Shown here: positions 42,253 through 52,053 of the stretch, one piece after another
Layout: the number at the start of each line of letters is the position of its first letter
How positions within the stretch are numbered: the first letter of the stretch is position 1
Source of the DNA: a candidate division FCPU426 bacterium
GTDB lineage: Bacteria > Oederibacteriota > Muellerivitia > Muellerivitales > Muellerivitaceae
Direction of reading: 5' to 3'
DNA: 64,000 nucleotides
NCBI GenBank assembly: GCA_963847625.1
Contig: CAWKAR010000028.1
Span: forward strand, 64,001 to 128,000
Translations under genes and position numbers: made by a program
The notes under the pieces: model-generated
Told to the model about the DNA's origin: nothing
Databases searched by the model: none
The model's input: the letters and a program-made list of their open reading frames with translations, nothing else

Positions 42253-43428
42253 TTAATGGACGTTTCCGCATTTCCGGCATCGGATCTTCCGAAAAATCCA
42301 ATCAGCAGGCCACACCTTGACCGAGCCGCATTTCAAACAGGCCAGGTTGAAAAAACTCCTTGCCGAAGAAAACCCCAAGGCCAGAAATACCACCACCAGA
42401 ACCGTGACATGGGCGAACAAAAGTTGAATCGCGTCCGGAATATTCCCCGTGCCCCTCACTATCGGCATAAGGATTTGAAAAGAGATCAATCCCCCCGTCA
42501 ACAAGCACAATAGGCGGTTGACTAACCACGCGGCCCGGTTTCCCCTGAGAGTTCCAATCAACAATACTAGCCAAAGCGCGACCGGGATCAGTCCGGAAAA
42601 AGGTATAGGAGGCGAACCTTCCGGGTTAGCTAAAAAAGGCCAAACCTGCATGGCCAGAATCCAGGCCGTTCCCAAAACGGCGATCCGCGCGCTCCAGGGC
42701 ATGGGTAGCGGGCCTGCGGTCCCTGCCGGTACCCGGCGCGGGAAAACCAAAGGGATGAGAAATAACATTGCGGCCAGGAAAAAAACCAGGATCAGACACC
42801 TGCCCCATGAAAAGGCCTGGGGATTTTTCAAGTATCCGTCCAGGACCGTCTGTTCCACCAAGGCGTCCCAATCGGGCGATTCCAGGTCGAACCTGAAGGA
42901 AGACGCGACAAAGGTGACCAGGACGCAAAAATTTTTACCCCCCGGAAGGAAATATCTCAAGCATTTATCGGTTTTAAAACTTCCTTTTGGCAGGCCCAGG
43001 ACCAACCGCAGGGCCGCCTCCCCTCCCAGGGTGGCAGGAGCGCAATCCAAGAGTTTCAAACCTTCGGGCGCGCCCGAAGAAGCGGTAGGCAGGTCATTGG
43101 CGAGTTGGAGTAGGAAATCCGGGTAACTCACGTCCTTGGGTATGGGAAAAAGGGCCACATCCATGTATTCCACGACCTTGTTGCGGATCGTGCGGGGATT
43201 AACGGCGATCACCGGGTAGGTCTCTCTTTTGCGCATATCGGCCAAAAAAGTAGGTAATTTAAGGCTGACGGACTGGGAACCGGGGGAAAGGTCGGTCCAG
43301 CCCTCGGGAATGCGGAACCGGTAGAACTCCTGGCCATACGCGGGCAAGAAAAGAAAACCCAGGAAGCAGGCTAAAAGTGCTGATCTTAATAAATTCAAAT
43401 GAATCCTTCCAAAATAAAATTTAGCCAC
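42253..43428 (-). CDS. Hypothetical membrane protein: exported N-terminal domain, about 5 TM helices, C-terminal Zn ribbon
   Basis: Signal-like N-terminus, hydrophobic helices, CLKCG...CRKCG. Confidence 0.7.
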   Translation of the reverse strand: MAKFYFGRIHLNLLRSALLACFLGFLFLPAYGQEFYRFRIPEGWTDLSPGSQSVSLKLPTFLADMRKRETYPVIAVNPRTIRNKVVEYMDVALFPIPKDVSYPDFLLQLANDLPTASSGAPEGLKLLDCAPATLGGEAALRLVLGLPKGSFKTDKCLRYFLPGGKNFCVLVTFVASSFRFDLESPDWDALVEQTVLDGYLKNPQAFSWGRCLILVFFLAAMLFLIPLVFPRRVPAGTAGPLPMPWSARIAVLGTAWILAMQVWPFLANPEGSPPIPFSGLIPVALWLVLLIGTLRGNRAAWLVNRLLCLLTGGLISFQILMPIVRGTGNIPDAIQLLFAHVTVLVVVFLALGFSSARSFFNLACLKCGSVKVWPADWIFRKIRCRKCGNVH

Positions 43429-43626
43429 GGATTCAGGGGATACACTCAGATGGCCAAAGAAAAAGGCTTAAAATTTTTGTTTTTTAAAATCCCATGAATC
43501 CCATGCATCCGTGGCTAAGATGTTGTTTTGGCTTTTGTTTTTTCTGGTTTCTTACTCTTTCGGGTAGCTTTATGGACTATATTAACAAAATTGTGGAAGC
43601 CGCGATACGAGAGGAGATCTGGCTAA

Positions 43627-44364
43627 ATGCGCATTGCGTTGGAAATTGTGCCGAGAAACCCGGAATTTTTATCCACCGCCATCCAAGAAGTTAAATCCCG
43701 CTTGCGGCGCGTCACCACCCTGACCCTGCCGGATTTGAAAGATTCCAAGCTGAGTAGCCTGGATGCTTCCCTTTTCACTCGCTGGCATTTCCCCGACGTC
43801 ATTCCCTGCTTTCGGGCCTTGGAGATCGACCTGGAAAAACCCTGGCCCGAGGCTTCCCTCATCCTGGAGAAGGGTTTCAAGGAAATTGCCTTGGTAACGG
43901 GTGATCCGCCCAAGAATTCCCCTGCGTCCCCAAAGGACGAGGTTCTACTGGAAGCCATCCGGAAGTTGAAACGAGAAATCTCCGGTCTCAAGATTTATGT
44001 TGGGCTGGACCCCTACCGGAAAGCGCCCGATAAGGAAATGGAATACGCGCGGGCCAAGTTGGAAGCCGGGGCCGACGGATTCATCACCCAGGCTTTCTTC
44101 GACCTCCGGTTATTCGAGACCTACTCGAACCTTTTAAAACCCCATGATGTTTTCTGGGGCGTGTCTCCCGTGCTGGATGAATTCGCCTGGAATTTCTGGA
44201 ATGACAAGATCAAGGCTGTCTTTCCGTCGGATTTCAGCCCCACCCCTGATTGGAACCGGGCCTTCGCCAAGAAAATGATGGATCTAGTCGGGGAACGGGG
44301 CGGGAACCTTTTATTCATGCCCATCCGTGCCCCGATTTTGGATTGCTATGAGGGAATACTTTAA
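43627..44364 (+). CDS. Methylenetetrahydrofolate reductase-like protein (short form)
   Basis: IALEIVPR, LVTGDPP, GLDPYR, KLEAGADGFITQAFFD. Confidence 0.8.
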   Translation: MRIALEIVPRNPEFLSTAIQEVKSRLRRVTTLTLPDLKDSKLSSLDASLFTRWHFPDVIPCFRALEIDLEKPWPEASLILEKGFKEIALVTGDPPKNSPASPKDEVLLEAIRKLKREISGLKIYVGLDPYRKAPDKEMEYARAKLEAGADGFITQAFFDLRLFETYSNLLKPHDVFWGVSPVLDEFAWNFWNDKIKAVFPSDFSPTPDWNRAFAKKMMDLVGERGGNLLFMPIRAPILDCYEGIL

Positions 44365-47300
44365 AAATTAATGACCTCAGCGTTCTTAAGAAGCCCCTTC
44401 AACTCGGACTCCCATTTCTCGCCCCCGGCGAGGCGCGCCAGTTCCACGGCCATATGGCGGGGCTTGACCCCCATAGCCGAGATTCTTCCCAGGCCCTGCA
44501 GGCAGCTGGGGCAGTTGGTCAGCATGATCCCGTCGTTTTCCCTTCCCTCCATGGCCTTTTTCACGGCCTCCGTCTTTTTATCCAGCATGTTGAAGGCGAT
44601 GTCGGGCCGGCTCATGGCAAGGGTCCCGGCCTCCGAACAGCAATGGGGCACCAGGGTCAGCTTGAACCCTGAGTTTTTCTTGAAAAATTCCAGGGCGGTT
44701 TCTTTCAGGGAGTCGTGGCAGGGCCGGTGGTAGAGGTAGTCCCCGCCCGTGCCGGTCTTCAAGCCGGCCTGCACGGCGAAACGGCTCACATCCTCCAGGG
44801 GGGCGGAGAATAGGCCTTCGACGCCCATGGTCTGCAGGGCCTCGCGGCAGGTGCCGCAGGAAACCACGATCGCGTTGAAAGAAAGGTGCCTCAGCATCTC
44901 GCGGATCTGGCTGAAGATGATGGTGTCCCCCAGGACCCTCCGGTTGTTGTCCGCCACCTGGGCGTTCACGTTGATGGGAAACCCGCAGCACAGGAAGGGC
45001 GGCGGCAGGACGACCCTGACCCCCGCCTTGAGCATCAGGAAAAGCGAGGCCTTGCCCACGTCCGAGAAAAGCCTTTCGGACCCGCACCCGGGGAAATAAA
45101 AAACCGTCTTGGCCGCTTCCACGGCGGGGGAAAGGATCAGGGCCTGGTGGAGTTCCAGTTTGGGAAGAATCCGGTGCAGGGTGCCCCGCCCCGAGGGAGG
45201 CATGGGCGTCCGGAGCATATTGAAGGGCCATATTGCCTTCCAGTCGCTGAAATTGGGCACATAGGCCAGGACCCTGGCTCCCAGGCGCTGGAAAAAGAGG
45301 CCCCACACCAGCACCGCCTGCCGGAACAGGGCGTTATAGGCCCTCGACCGGCTCTTCAGGTACCCCAGGGACATGCGGGTGGCGATGGCCGTGTGCTTGT
45401 ACTTTCGGGCCGCCAGGATGCGCCTCTCCAGGATGGAGATTTCTCCCGTGTCGATATCCACCGGGCAGGGTTTCAGGCACTTATGGCAGATGGTGCAGTG
45501 GTCGGCGATCTCTTCCAATTCCTTCAGGAACTCGAACCGGGTCGAGCGGGCCCGCTGGGCGTCGTAAAGCAGGGCCTCGATGACCGCCGCGATGGCCAGG
45601 TTCTTGTTGCGGGGGTGGTAGAACATGTTCTTTCCCGGGTGGAACACACAGCAGTCGGGCTTGCACCGGCCGCAGCGGATGCACTTGGAAATCTTGTCGG
45701 CCAGCTCGAAAAGCGAGTCGTTCTGCAGGATACGGGCTTCCAACTCCAGTAAATTGAAGGAGGGCGTGAAGACCTTGTCGGGCACGGTCATGTCGGAGAG
45801 CTTGCCGGGATTCATCAACCCGCCCGGGTCCACCTGGTGGCGGTATTGCGCCAGGGCCTCGAGGCGGCCGTTCTCCAGGTGTTTGAGCTTGGTGACGCCG
45901 ATGCCGTGCTCGCCCGACACAACGCCGCCCAGGGTCACCACGTGGCGCATGACGGTGTCCGCGGTCGTGAAGGCCCGCCTCAGCATTTCCTGGTCGTTGG
46001 AGAAGGTGGGGATGTTCACGTGCACGTTGCCGTCGCCCGCGTGCATGTGGGTGGCGATGACGATCAGGCGCGAACGGGTTTCCTTGAAGATGCGCTCCAC
46101 CTCCCGGCAGGCGGCCGCGTAACCGCGGAAAAGTTCCAGCAGGCCCTTGAGCAGGTCTTGGGCGGGTTTCCCCTCCCTCAAGGGTTTCTTGGCCTCGGTT
46201 TTGATTTCTTCCAGGGCCTTCCGGCAAAGTTTCTCGGCGGCGGGACGCTTGGCGGCCAGCCATTCGGTATCCTCGGCTTCCTGCGCCCTCTCGAGGAATT
46301 TGAGCGCCTCCTCCACGAAACGGGACTGGTTGTGTCGTTCTTCCTTGATGTTGTATTCGCCGATATAGGTGGCGAAGCCCGCCAGGGATTCCAGGGGCAG
46401 GACGATATCCTCGTTGAGCTTGAAGGCGTTGGTGTGCTTGGCGATGGCGCCGAGCCGCTTGCGGTCGGCCCAGAATTTAACCCCCTCCTGGGCATCCCTG
46501 GCCAGGAAAAGATCGGTGTTGGGGTAACGGTCCACCAGGGCCTTGAGCCGCTTTTCCCCTTGGGCCAGGTCCTCGGGGGTGTGGGCCACAATGTCGATTA
46601 AAAGCACCGCCTTGGGGCGGTCGCCGCGGGCGGCCTTGGTCTTGTAGCCGATGGCCCTCACGTATTCCTCGTCGAAATGCTCCAGGGCCATGAGGGTTTC
46701 CCGACCCTTGTTTACGAACTCTTTGGAAAGGTCCAGGATGACCTTGCCCGCCTCGTCCATGCTCTCCCCGAAAAACTCCAGGCAGGCGGTGCGCAGGTGC
46801 TCGTAGGCCGGGTACAGCACGAACCGGGCCGAGGTGATGACCCCGTCGGTTCCCTCTTTCTGGAGGCCGGGCAGGCCGCCCAGGGCCTTGTTGGTGATGT
46901 CCTTCCAGACGTTCTTCTTGCGGATATCCAAACCGCCCAGTTCCACCGTCCTCAGGATGGCGTTGGTTTCCCCGTCCCGGACCAGGAAGGCCACCTTGTC
47001 CGAATGGAGGATCTTCCTTAATGGATGCCCCTTTCGCTTGACCACCACCGTTTTCCCGCCTGGAAGCGCCATTCGGAAGGAAAGCACGTTGTCGATGGCC
47101 GTGCCCCATAGAACGGCGGTCTTGCCCCCGGCGTTTTCGGAAAGGTTGCCGCCAATGGTGGAGGCCCAAGAGCTGGTGGGGTCGGTGGCGAAGACCCACC
47201 CTGCTTTGGCGGCGTAGTTAATGGCGTCCTCCGTCACGACGCCCGCTTCCACCTCCAGGACCTTGGTCTTGCGGCTGGTGCCGTCATCCAGCGTGAATCT

Positions 47301-47981
47301 CTTCTCGGAGAAGCCGCGGATTCGGTCCAGCTTTTCCAGGTTCACCATGACGCAGTCGCCCGTCACCGGAATGGCCCCCCCGGTGAGGCCCGTGCCGGCG
47401 CCCCGGGGGATGGCCTTGAGGCCCAGGTTCTCAATGGCTACTAGGAGGGGGGCTACCTGCGCTTCCTCGGAGGGAAAAACCACCGCCACCGGCATGAAGA
47501 GGCGCCAGTCGGTTCCGTCCGTGACGTGGCTGATGAGCGCGAAGGGATCGAAAAGAACGTTGGCCTCGCCCACCACCGCGCCCAGTTCCCGCCGGATGCG
47601 TGCCCTTTGGCCCAGGGCCGAGACCAGCTCGGATTGCAGGCGGTCCAGGTAGTCCTGGCATTGGCCCAGGACCCAAAGCACGTCGGGGTCGCTCCCGGAA
47701 TTCTTGTTCAGGATATCCAGGTCTTCCTGGTAGGCGGCCAGGAACTGCCGCCGGGAAGAGGGGGAGTCGACCATCTCTTGGTAGAGAAAGGGATTGCGGC
47801 GCAGGATGAAGATGTCGCCGATGAACCGCATGAGAAGGCGGGCCGAGCGCCCGGTTTTTCTGCGGGCGCGGAGTTTTTCGAGGGTTTCCCAGACCTGGGC
47901 CCCGAATAGGATGCGGACGACTTGCTCGTCATCCGCCGATGTGTAGTTGTAGGGAATTTCTCTTCTTGTTTGGGTTTCCAT
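44361..47981 (-). CDS. FAD-binding/Fe-S oxidoreductase (DUF3683 type, GlcD+GlcF-like fusion)
   Basis: REIPYNYTS, PRGAGTGLTGG, FATDPTS..ASTIGGN, HMHAGDGNVH, SGEHGIG, CxxCxxC motifs, CCG domains. Its stop overlaps the convergent gene's stop in TTAA. Confidence 0.92.
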   Translation of the reverse strand: METQTRREIPYNYTSADDEQVVRILFGAQVWETLEKLRARRKTGRSARLLMRFIGDIFILRRNPFLYQEMVDSPSSRRQFLAAYQEDLDILNKNSGSDPDVLWVLGQCQDYLDRLQSELVSALGQRARIRRELGAVVGEANVLFDPFALISHVTDGTDWRLFMPVAVVFPSEEAQVAPLLVAIENLGLKAIPRGAGTGLTGGAIPVTGDCVMVNLEKLDRIRGFSEKRFTLDDGTSRKTKVLEVEAGVVTEDAINYAAKAGWVFATDPTSSWASTIGGNLSENAGGKTAVLWGTAIDNVLSFRMALPGGKTVVVKRKGHPLRKILHSDKVAFLVRDGETNAILRTVELGGLDIRKKNVWKDITNKALGGLPGLQKEGTDGVITSARFVLYPAYEHLRTACLEFFGESMDEAGKVILDLSKEFVNKGRETLMALEHFDEEYVRAIGYKTKAARGDRPKAVLLIDIVAHTPEDLAQGEKRLKALVDRYPNTDLFLARDAQEGVKFWADRKRLGAIAKHTNAFKLNEDIVLPLESLAGFATYIGEYNIKEERHNQSRFVEEALKFLERAQEAEDTEWLAAKRPAAEKLCRKALEEIKTEAKKPLREGKPAQDLLKGLLELFRGYAAACREVERIFKETRSRLIVIATHMHAGDGNVHVNIPTFSNDQEMLRRAFTTADTVMRHVVTLGGVVSGEHGIGVTKLKHLENGRLEALAQYRHQVDPGGLMNPGKLSDMTVPDKVFTPSFNLLELEARILQNDSLFELADKISKCIRCGRCKPDCCVFHPGKNMFYHPRNKNLAIAAVIEALLYDAQRARSTRFEFLKELEEIADHCTICHKCLKPCPVDIDTGEISILERRILAARKYKHTAIATRMSLGYLKSRSRAYNALFRQAVLVWGLFFQRLGARVLAYVPNFSDWKAIWPFNMLRTPMPPSGRGTLHRILPKLELHQALILSPAVEAAKTVFYFPGCGSERLFSDVGKASLFLMLKAGVRVVLPPPFLCCGFPINVNAQVADNNRRVLGDTIIFSQIREMLRHLSFNAIVVSCGTCREALQTMGVEGLFSAPLEDVSRFAVQAGLKTGTGGDYLYHRPCHDSLKETALEFFKKNSGFKLTLVPHCCSEAGTLAMSRPDIAFNMLDKKTEAVKKAMEGRENDGIMLTNCPSCLQGLGRISAMGVKPRHMAVELARLAGGEKWESELKGLLKNAEVINF

Positions 47982-48134
47982 GGGCCTCACCCCGGTCCAG
48001 TGTTGGCGTATGATGGGTTAAAAATAGTGAATTTTGTATGACTGCTGTCATGTAATAACGTTTATCAGCCGTCAGTTGTCGGTTGTTTGTTGATTGCGAC
48101 GGAGAGGAAAAACGATGGGAAAATATTTTTCATC

Positions 48135-48827
48135 TTATTTATTCACTGGTGGCGCTTTTATAAAAGAAACAAATCTAGAACCATGAGTAGTAGTTTTCTT
48201 TGAAAGTGTGTCAGCACCCATTACATGGAGACTTTCCTGACCAACTAATCCCTTTGCGTACAAATCTTTCCAAATTATTCTATAAAAGTCTTCCCGATTC
48301 TGAAGTTCCGGAAAAGCTTTTTCAATCATATCGGCAAGTCCACCAATCTGATAATTACGATCCCCCGGCTGACGCCCAAACCATCCCTGGGGGTCATCGG
48401 CCAAGTCTAATATTTTTAAATGCCAAACACTAAAAGTATCCACATAACTTAAAAATATTTGTTGTAGTGACCTATCAAGGTTATGAGAGATTCCCGAATT
48501 TATTATTGCGTTTTTAAGAGCGTCAATTTTTTCATGTTGGTTATTCGATACCGCAATTCGAGATGCCTGAATCACTGAATCAATGAACGCCTCATTGCTT
48601 TGCAATTCTTCTAACCGGCCAACATGTGCTTTTAATACCTGAAACGCTTGAGCTAATTGTTCCATCCATTCAGCGCGTCTTCTTTCCAGGGGTGGGGCAA
48701 TAATAGCGTTGAATATTTCTAAAGCGGGGCCACCTATTCCAGGTATTGCGCTCACTACCGCTCACGCAATTAGATGCACTGTGTCCCCCGGAGTACCGCT
48801 AGGCGCTTTAAGATTTGATTCTGTCAA
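48135..48827 (-). pseudogene. Hypothetical protein gene with an in-frame TGA near its 5' end
   Basis: The frame opens at TTG 48827 right after the upstream gene: LTESNLKAPSGTPGDTVHLIA*AVVSAIPGIGG. TGA at 48762-48764; 206-aa ORF downstream. Confidence 0.6.
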
Positions 48828-48828
48828 A

Positions 48829-49914
48829 TTAGCCTTCTTTACTTTTATTTGTTTTCAAATCCTTTTCCTTTATCTTTTTTATCATTTCCACTATATCTGC
48901 CGGAACATCGATTTTACGGCCAAAAGCATCCCGGGATATAAATGAACCATCTTCAAATCCGACAGTTGTTTGGCCTCCGTAGTTCCAAATTTCATTTTCA
49001 GGCGGAATCAAAACCTTGGCTATCTCTTTCCAAGTAAAAATCTCCGGATTAAGCCAATCTTTATCTGCCGCCGCTAAAAATTTTGAAGCTTGGGTTTTGA
49101 AAAAATAATTAATTGCCATTACTTGCTCTGTTTTTAATTTACGGACTTGGATTGTATTGTTTGTCATAAATATCGTTTCGCCGGAAAATCTTGCATTCGT
49201 TCTGGGGATTAAGGGATCAACCCCAGTTGGATCCTTTCCATATTCCAGGTTAGTCAGAATTAAACATTTATTCATATCCAAAGGAAATACCGTTTGGGAG
49301 CCCTTAAAAGCTATTGATGGTTCATCTGGATTCGTGTTGAAAGGATGATTTGGTGGGCAAGCAATATTAAAAATAGTTACCGGATGATCCGAAAGGATAA
49401 ATTTGACTGATGAATTTTCAGCGGATACGACTTCCCTAATTGCCTCAGACCACATTACACAATGGCTGTTTCTAAGGGAAAGCATTTCAGACATTAACTT
49501 GTTTTGGTTCAAATTCGGGAAATGGTTCTTAATCCATTGAAGGCCTTTTGGTGTACGAAGTTTTTGGGCATCTAAATATTCAAAAAGTTGCTTGAAGTGG
49601 TGGTGAAGGGTTGGATAATCATTTTGGGCCATTGCCCTAACAGCCAATGCACCCCTGTTGTCAATTTCCCCGAAAAGAAATTTTTCTATACTATCGTCGA
49701 GCTGAGAAAAAATATGTGTCGTGTACAAATCCCTTTTCTTAAAGCACTGTGTTGGGACACTAGTTGTGTATTCGCCGATTTTAATTTTTTCATGACTTGG
49801 CAATTCTTTTATAAGAGGGTCCAGATTGCGGCAATGATACGACTGTTCTCCAGGGAGGATAAAACCCTTTTGGTGCCATTTTGGAACGTAATGGTTTTCG
49901 TGGCTTTGTTGCAT
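48829..49914 (-). CDS. DUF4238-like domain protein (AT-rich)
   Basis: N-terminal NHYVPKWHQKGF, DLY, IEKFLFGEID, QKLRTP, FILSDHPV, FPL. Confidence 0.72.
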   Translation of the reverse strand: MQQSHENHYVPKWHQKGFILPGEQSYHCRNLDPLIKELPSHEKIKIGEYTTSVPTQCFKKRDLYTTHIFSQLDDSIEKFLFGEIDNRGALAVRAMAQNDYPTLHHHFKQLFEYLDAQKLRTPKGLQWIKNHFPNLNQNKLMSEMLSLRNSHCVMWSEAIREVVSAENSSVKFILSDHPVTIFNIACPPNHPFNTNPDEPSIAFKGSQTVFPLDMNKCLILTNLEYGKDPTGVDPLIPRTNARFSGETIFMTNNTIQVRKLKTEQVMAINYFFKTQASKFLAAADKDWLNPEIFTWKEIAKVLIPPENEIWNYGGQTTVGFEDGSFISRDAFGRKIDVPADIVEMIKKIKEKDLKTNKSKEG

Positions 49915-50173
49915 TAGTTGTCTCGAATAAATTCGTTAAAACATTATTTTTCAAAAACATATATGCGTGTTCGGAATTAGGTCTGAAAAAAGAAAAATCA
50001 TCATCAGACCAAAACCAAATCATATTATGCCACCATTCATACCAGTTAGGACTGAGGTACCCGAAGTAAGAAACTAAAACTTGAGATTATGGATAAACCG
50101 ATTCCGATTTTGTGCTATTTTTGGCGTATAAAAAATTGGATATTATCTTTATAGATAGGTAAACAAATGAAAT

Positions 50174-51225
50174 GCTGAATTCAACCAGTAAGTGCAACAC
50201 CTTGACTAAAGACCTGCTCCGGCGTTTTGAAACGAAGGCACTTGCGAGGACGATGGTTTAGGATCCGTTCCACGCGTCGTACATTCGCTGGGGTTATAGT
50301 AGCAAAATCCGTTTTCTTGGGATAGAAGCGACGAACAAGACCTGCAGTATTTTCAACACAACCTTTCTCCCAACTGTGGAAGGGCAAACAAAAGAATGAA
50401 CGAGTGCCTGAAACACGATTCACCTGGAGATGTTCGACGTTTTCGGAGCCATTGTCGTATGTGATGGTACGGCGGAGGCCTTTTGAAATCCGAACCAACC
50501 GACGGTTGATTGCGGCTCTAGTGTGGAAAGCTGATTTTTGAGGTAGCCAAGCCAGTTTCACCAGACGACTTTTGCGCTCGACCATAACCAGAAGTGAGGG
50601 TTTGCTTTTCCGGGAGATGATGGTGTCGGCCTCCCAGTGCCCGAATTGCTGTCTTGTTTCAACGATAGCTGGTCGTTGGGTAATGGGAGTACGTTGAGGA
50701 ATATGGCTTTTGCGATGTTTTTGAGTGTGCCAACGTCGCAAACGTTTTCGATGGGCCCGGGCTAGATGAGGAATGAGGTTTCGAGCTTCGCAGTAGATGA
50801 ATTGATAGATGGCTTCATGGGAAACGGAAAGTTTTGGTTTCTCCCGGCGAAGAAAACCGGCAATTTGCTCGGGCGAGAGTCCACGAGGTATTTCTCGCAG
50901 TACTAAACGGCGAATCTCAGGATTTTTAAGCCTTAAATGAGTACGTGAAAGACGGTTTCGGTGTTCTGCACGCATGTGAGCTCTGGCGGGCAGGTAGCGG
51001 CAAGATCGTATAGGAGGGGCGTTGCGCTTCAGTTCTCGGGAAATGCTGGATACATCACGGCCCAGACGGCGTGCGATTTCCCGAAGGGAGAGGCCTTCAG
51101 CATTCCAAACTGAAATTTCTTCACGTTCGGCTAACGACAGATGCTTGTAGGATGATTTCATAGCACTTAGGATAACCCCCGGGTTCTGCCGGGTCTAAGT
51201 GTTGCACTTCGTTATTGAACTGGGG
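50174..51225 (-). mobile_element. IS30-family element, copy A
   Basis: ~27-bp imperfect TIRs with core AAGTGCAACAC; 3-bp direct repeat AAT at 50171-50173 and 51226-51228. Confidence 0.88.
50181..51161 (-). CDS. IS30 family transposase
   Basis: YKHLSLAERE HTH, SPEQI, GHWEADT, TITYDNGSE, WEKGCVEN, LNHRPRKCL. Confidence 0.96.
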   Translation of the reverse strand: MKSSYKHLSLAEREEISVWNAEGLSLREIARRLGRDVSSISRELKRNAPPIRSCRYLPARAHMRAEHRNRLSRTHLRLKNPEIRRLVLREIPRGLSPEQIAGFLRREKPKLSVSHEAIYQFIYCEARNLIPHLARAHRKRLRRWHTQKHRKSHIPQRTPITQRPAIVETRQQFGHWEADTIISRKSKPSLLVMVERKSRLVKLAWLPQKSAFHTRAAINRRLVRISKGLRRTITYDNGSENVEHLQVNRVSGTRSFFCLPFHSWEKGCVENTAGLVRRFYPKKTDFATITPANVRRVERILNHRPRKCLRFKTPEQVFSQGVALTG

Positions 51226-51227
51226 AA

Positions 51228-52049
51228 TTGATATTAACTTTACTGTTCTTTTTATTGACTCTTATGAGACCCAACTGGATCAAGGCGGACAGCTTTGATT
51301 CGGAAAACTATTGGAATTTTAATGGTGCATTAGGAGACCATCAAGATATTGGTCTATCTTTATATCTTTTTAAAGATGGAACTTTAAAGGGGGACTATTT
51401 TTTTGATGAAAATGAAAAACCTATCAAATTAGAGGGAAAATGGAGTCCCATAATTAAATCGAATAAGGATTCGAGTTATCATTCATCTGATTTTAATTTT
51501 GTATCTCAGGAATTATCTGATACAGGCAAAGCACAGGCCACTTTTGAAGGCCAATTTAATTCGAACGATGATCGTGATGGGCTTAAAGGGGTTCGAATTG
51601 ATCTAAAAAGCGGTCAGAAAATATCTTTTAAATTAGAACTTGAATCAATCACTCCTCAAGATTTCGGCAAACGATATGAAGCGGCAGACTCCAAAAACGA
51701 TTCAGAATTCGATAATTTCGCGAAAGAATTAAAGGGTGAAATACTTACCGGTAAAAAAGAAGAAGTGGCACAAAAAATTGTTTATCCGTTAACCGTTTGT
51801 ATAAGAGATAAGGAAATCGAAATAAAAAACAAAAAAATATTTGTCAGAAAATATGATCAAATCATTACACCGGATTTTATTAAACTTATTAATAAAGCAC
51901 ATCCTTATCACATGTTTTGCAGGAATGAGGAGGTCATGTTTGGGGAGACTGGTGCCATCTGGCTTGCTTATAACAGCGGATTGAAAGTTGTAGCAATCAA
52001 TAACTGTTATCCTGATGCTCAATTAAAAATATTGGACCATGGAAAATAA
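51228..52049 (+). pseudogene. Exported hypothetical protein whose start codon was separated by IS30 copy A
   Basis: Removing the IS and one AAT joins ATG 50167 in frame, giving the signal peptide MKLILTLLFFLL.... Confidence 0.7.
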
Positions 52050-52053
52050 ATTT

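Noticed and set aside
48040..48080. dif or integron att site at the edge of the AT-rich region
   Set aside because: Arm spacing does not fit dif, and no integrase or repeated attC-like sites were seen.
48762..48764. Selenocysteine or alternative genetic code
   Set aside because: The context is not a redox motif, and many genes in the window end in TGA.
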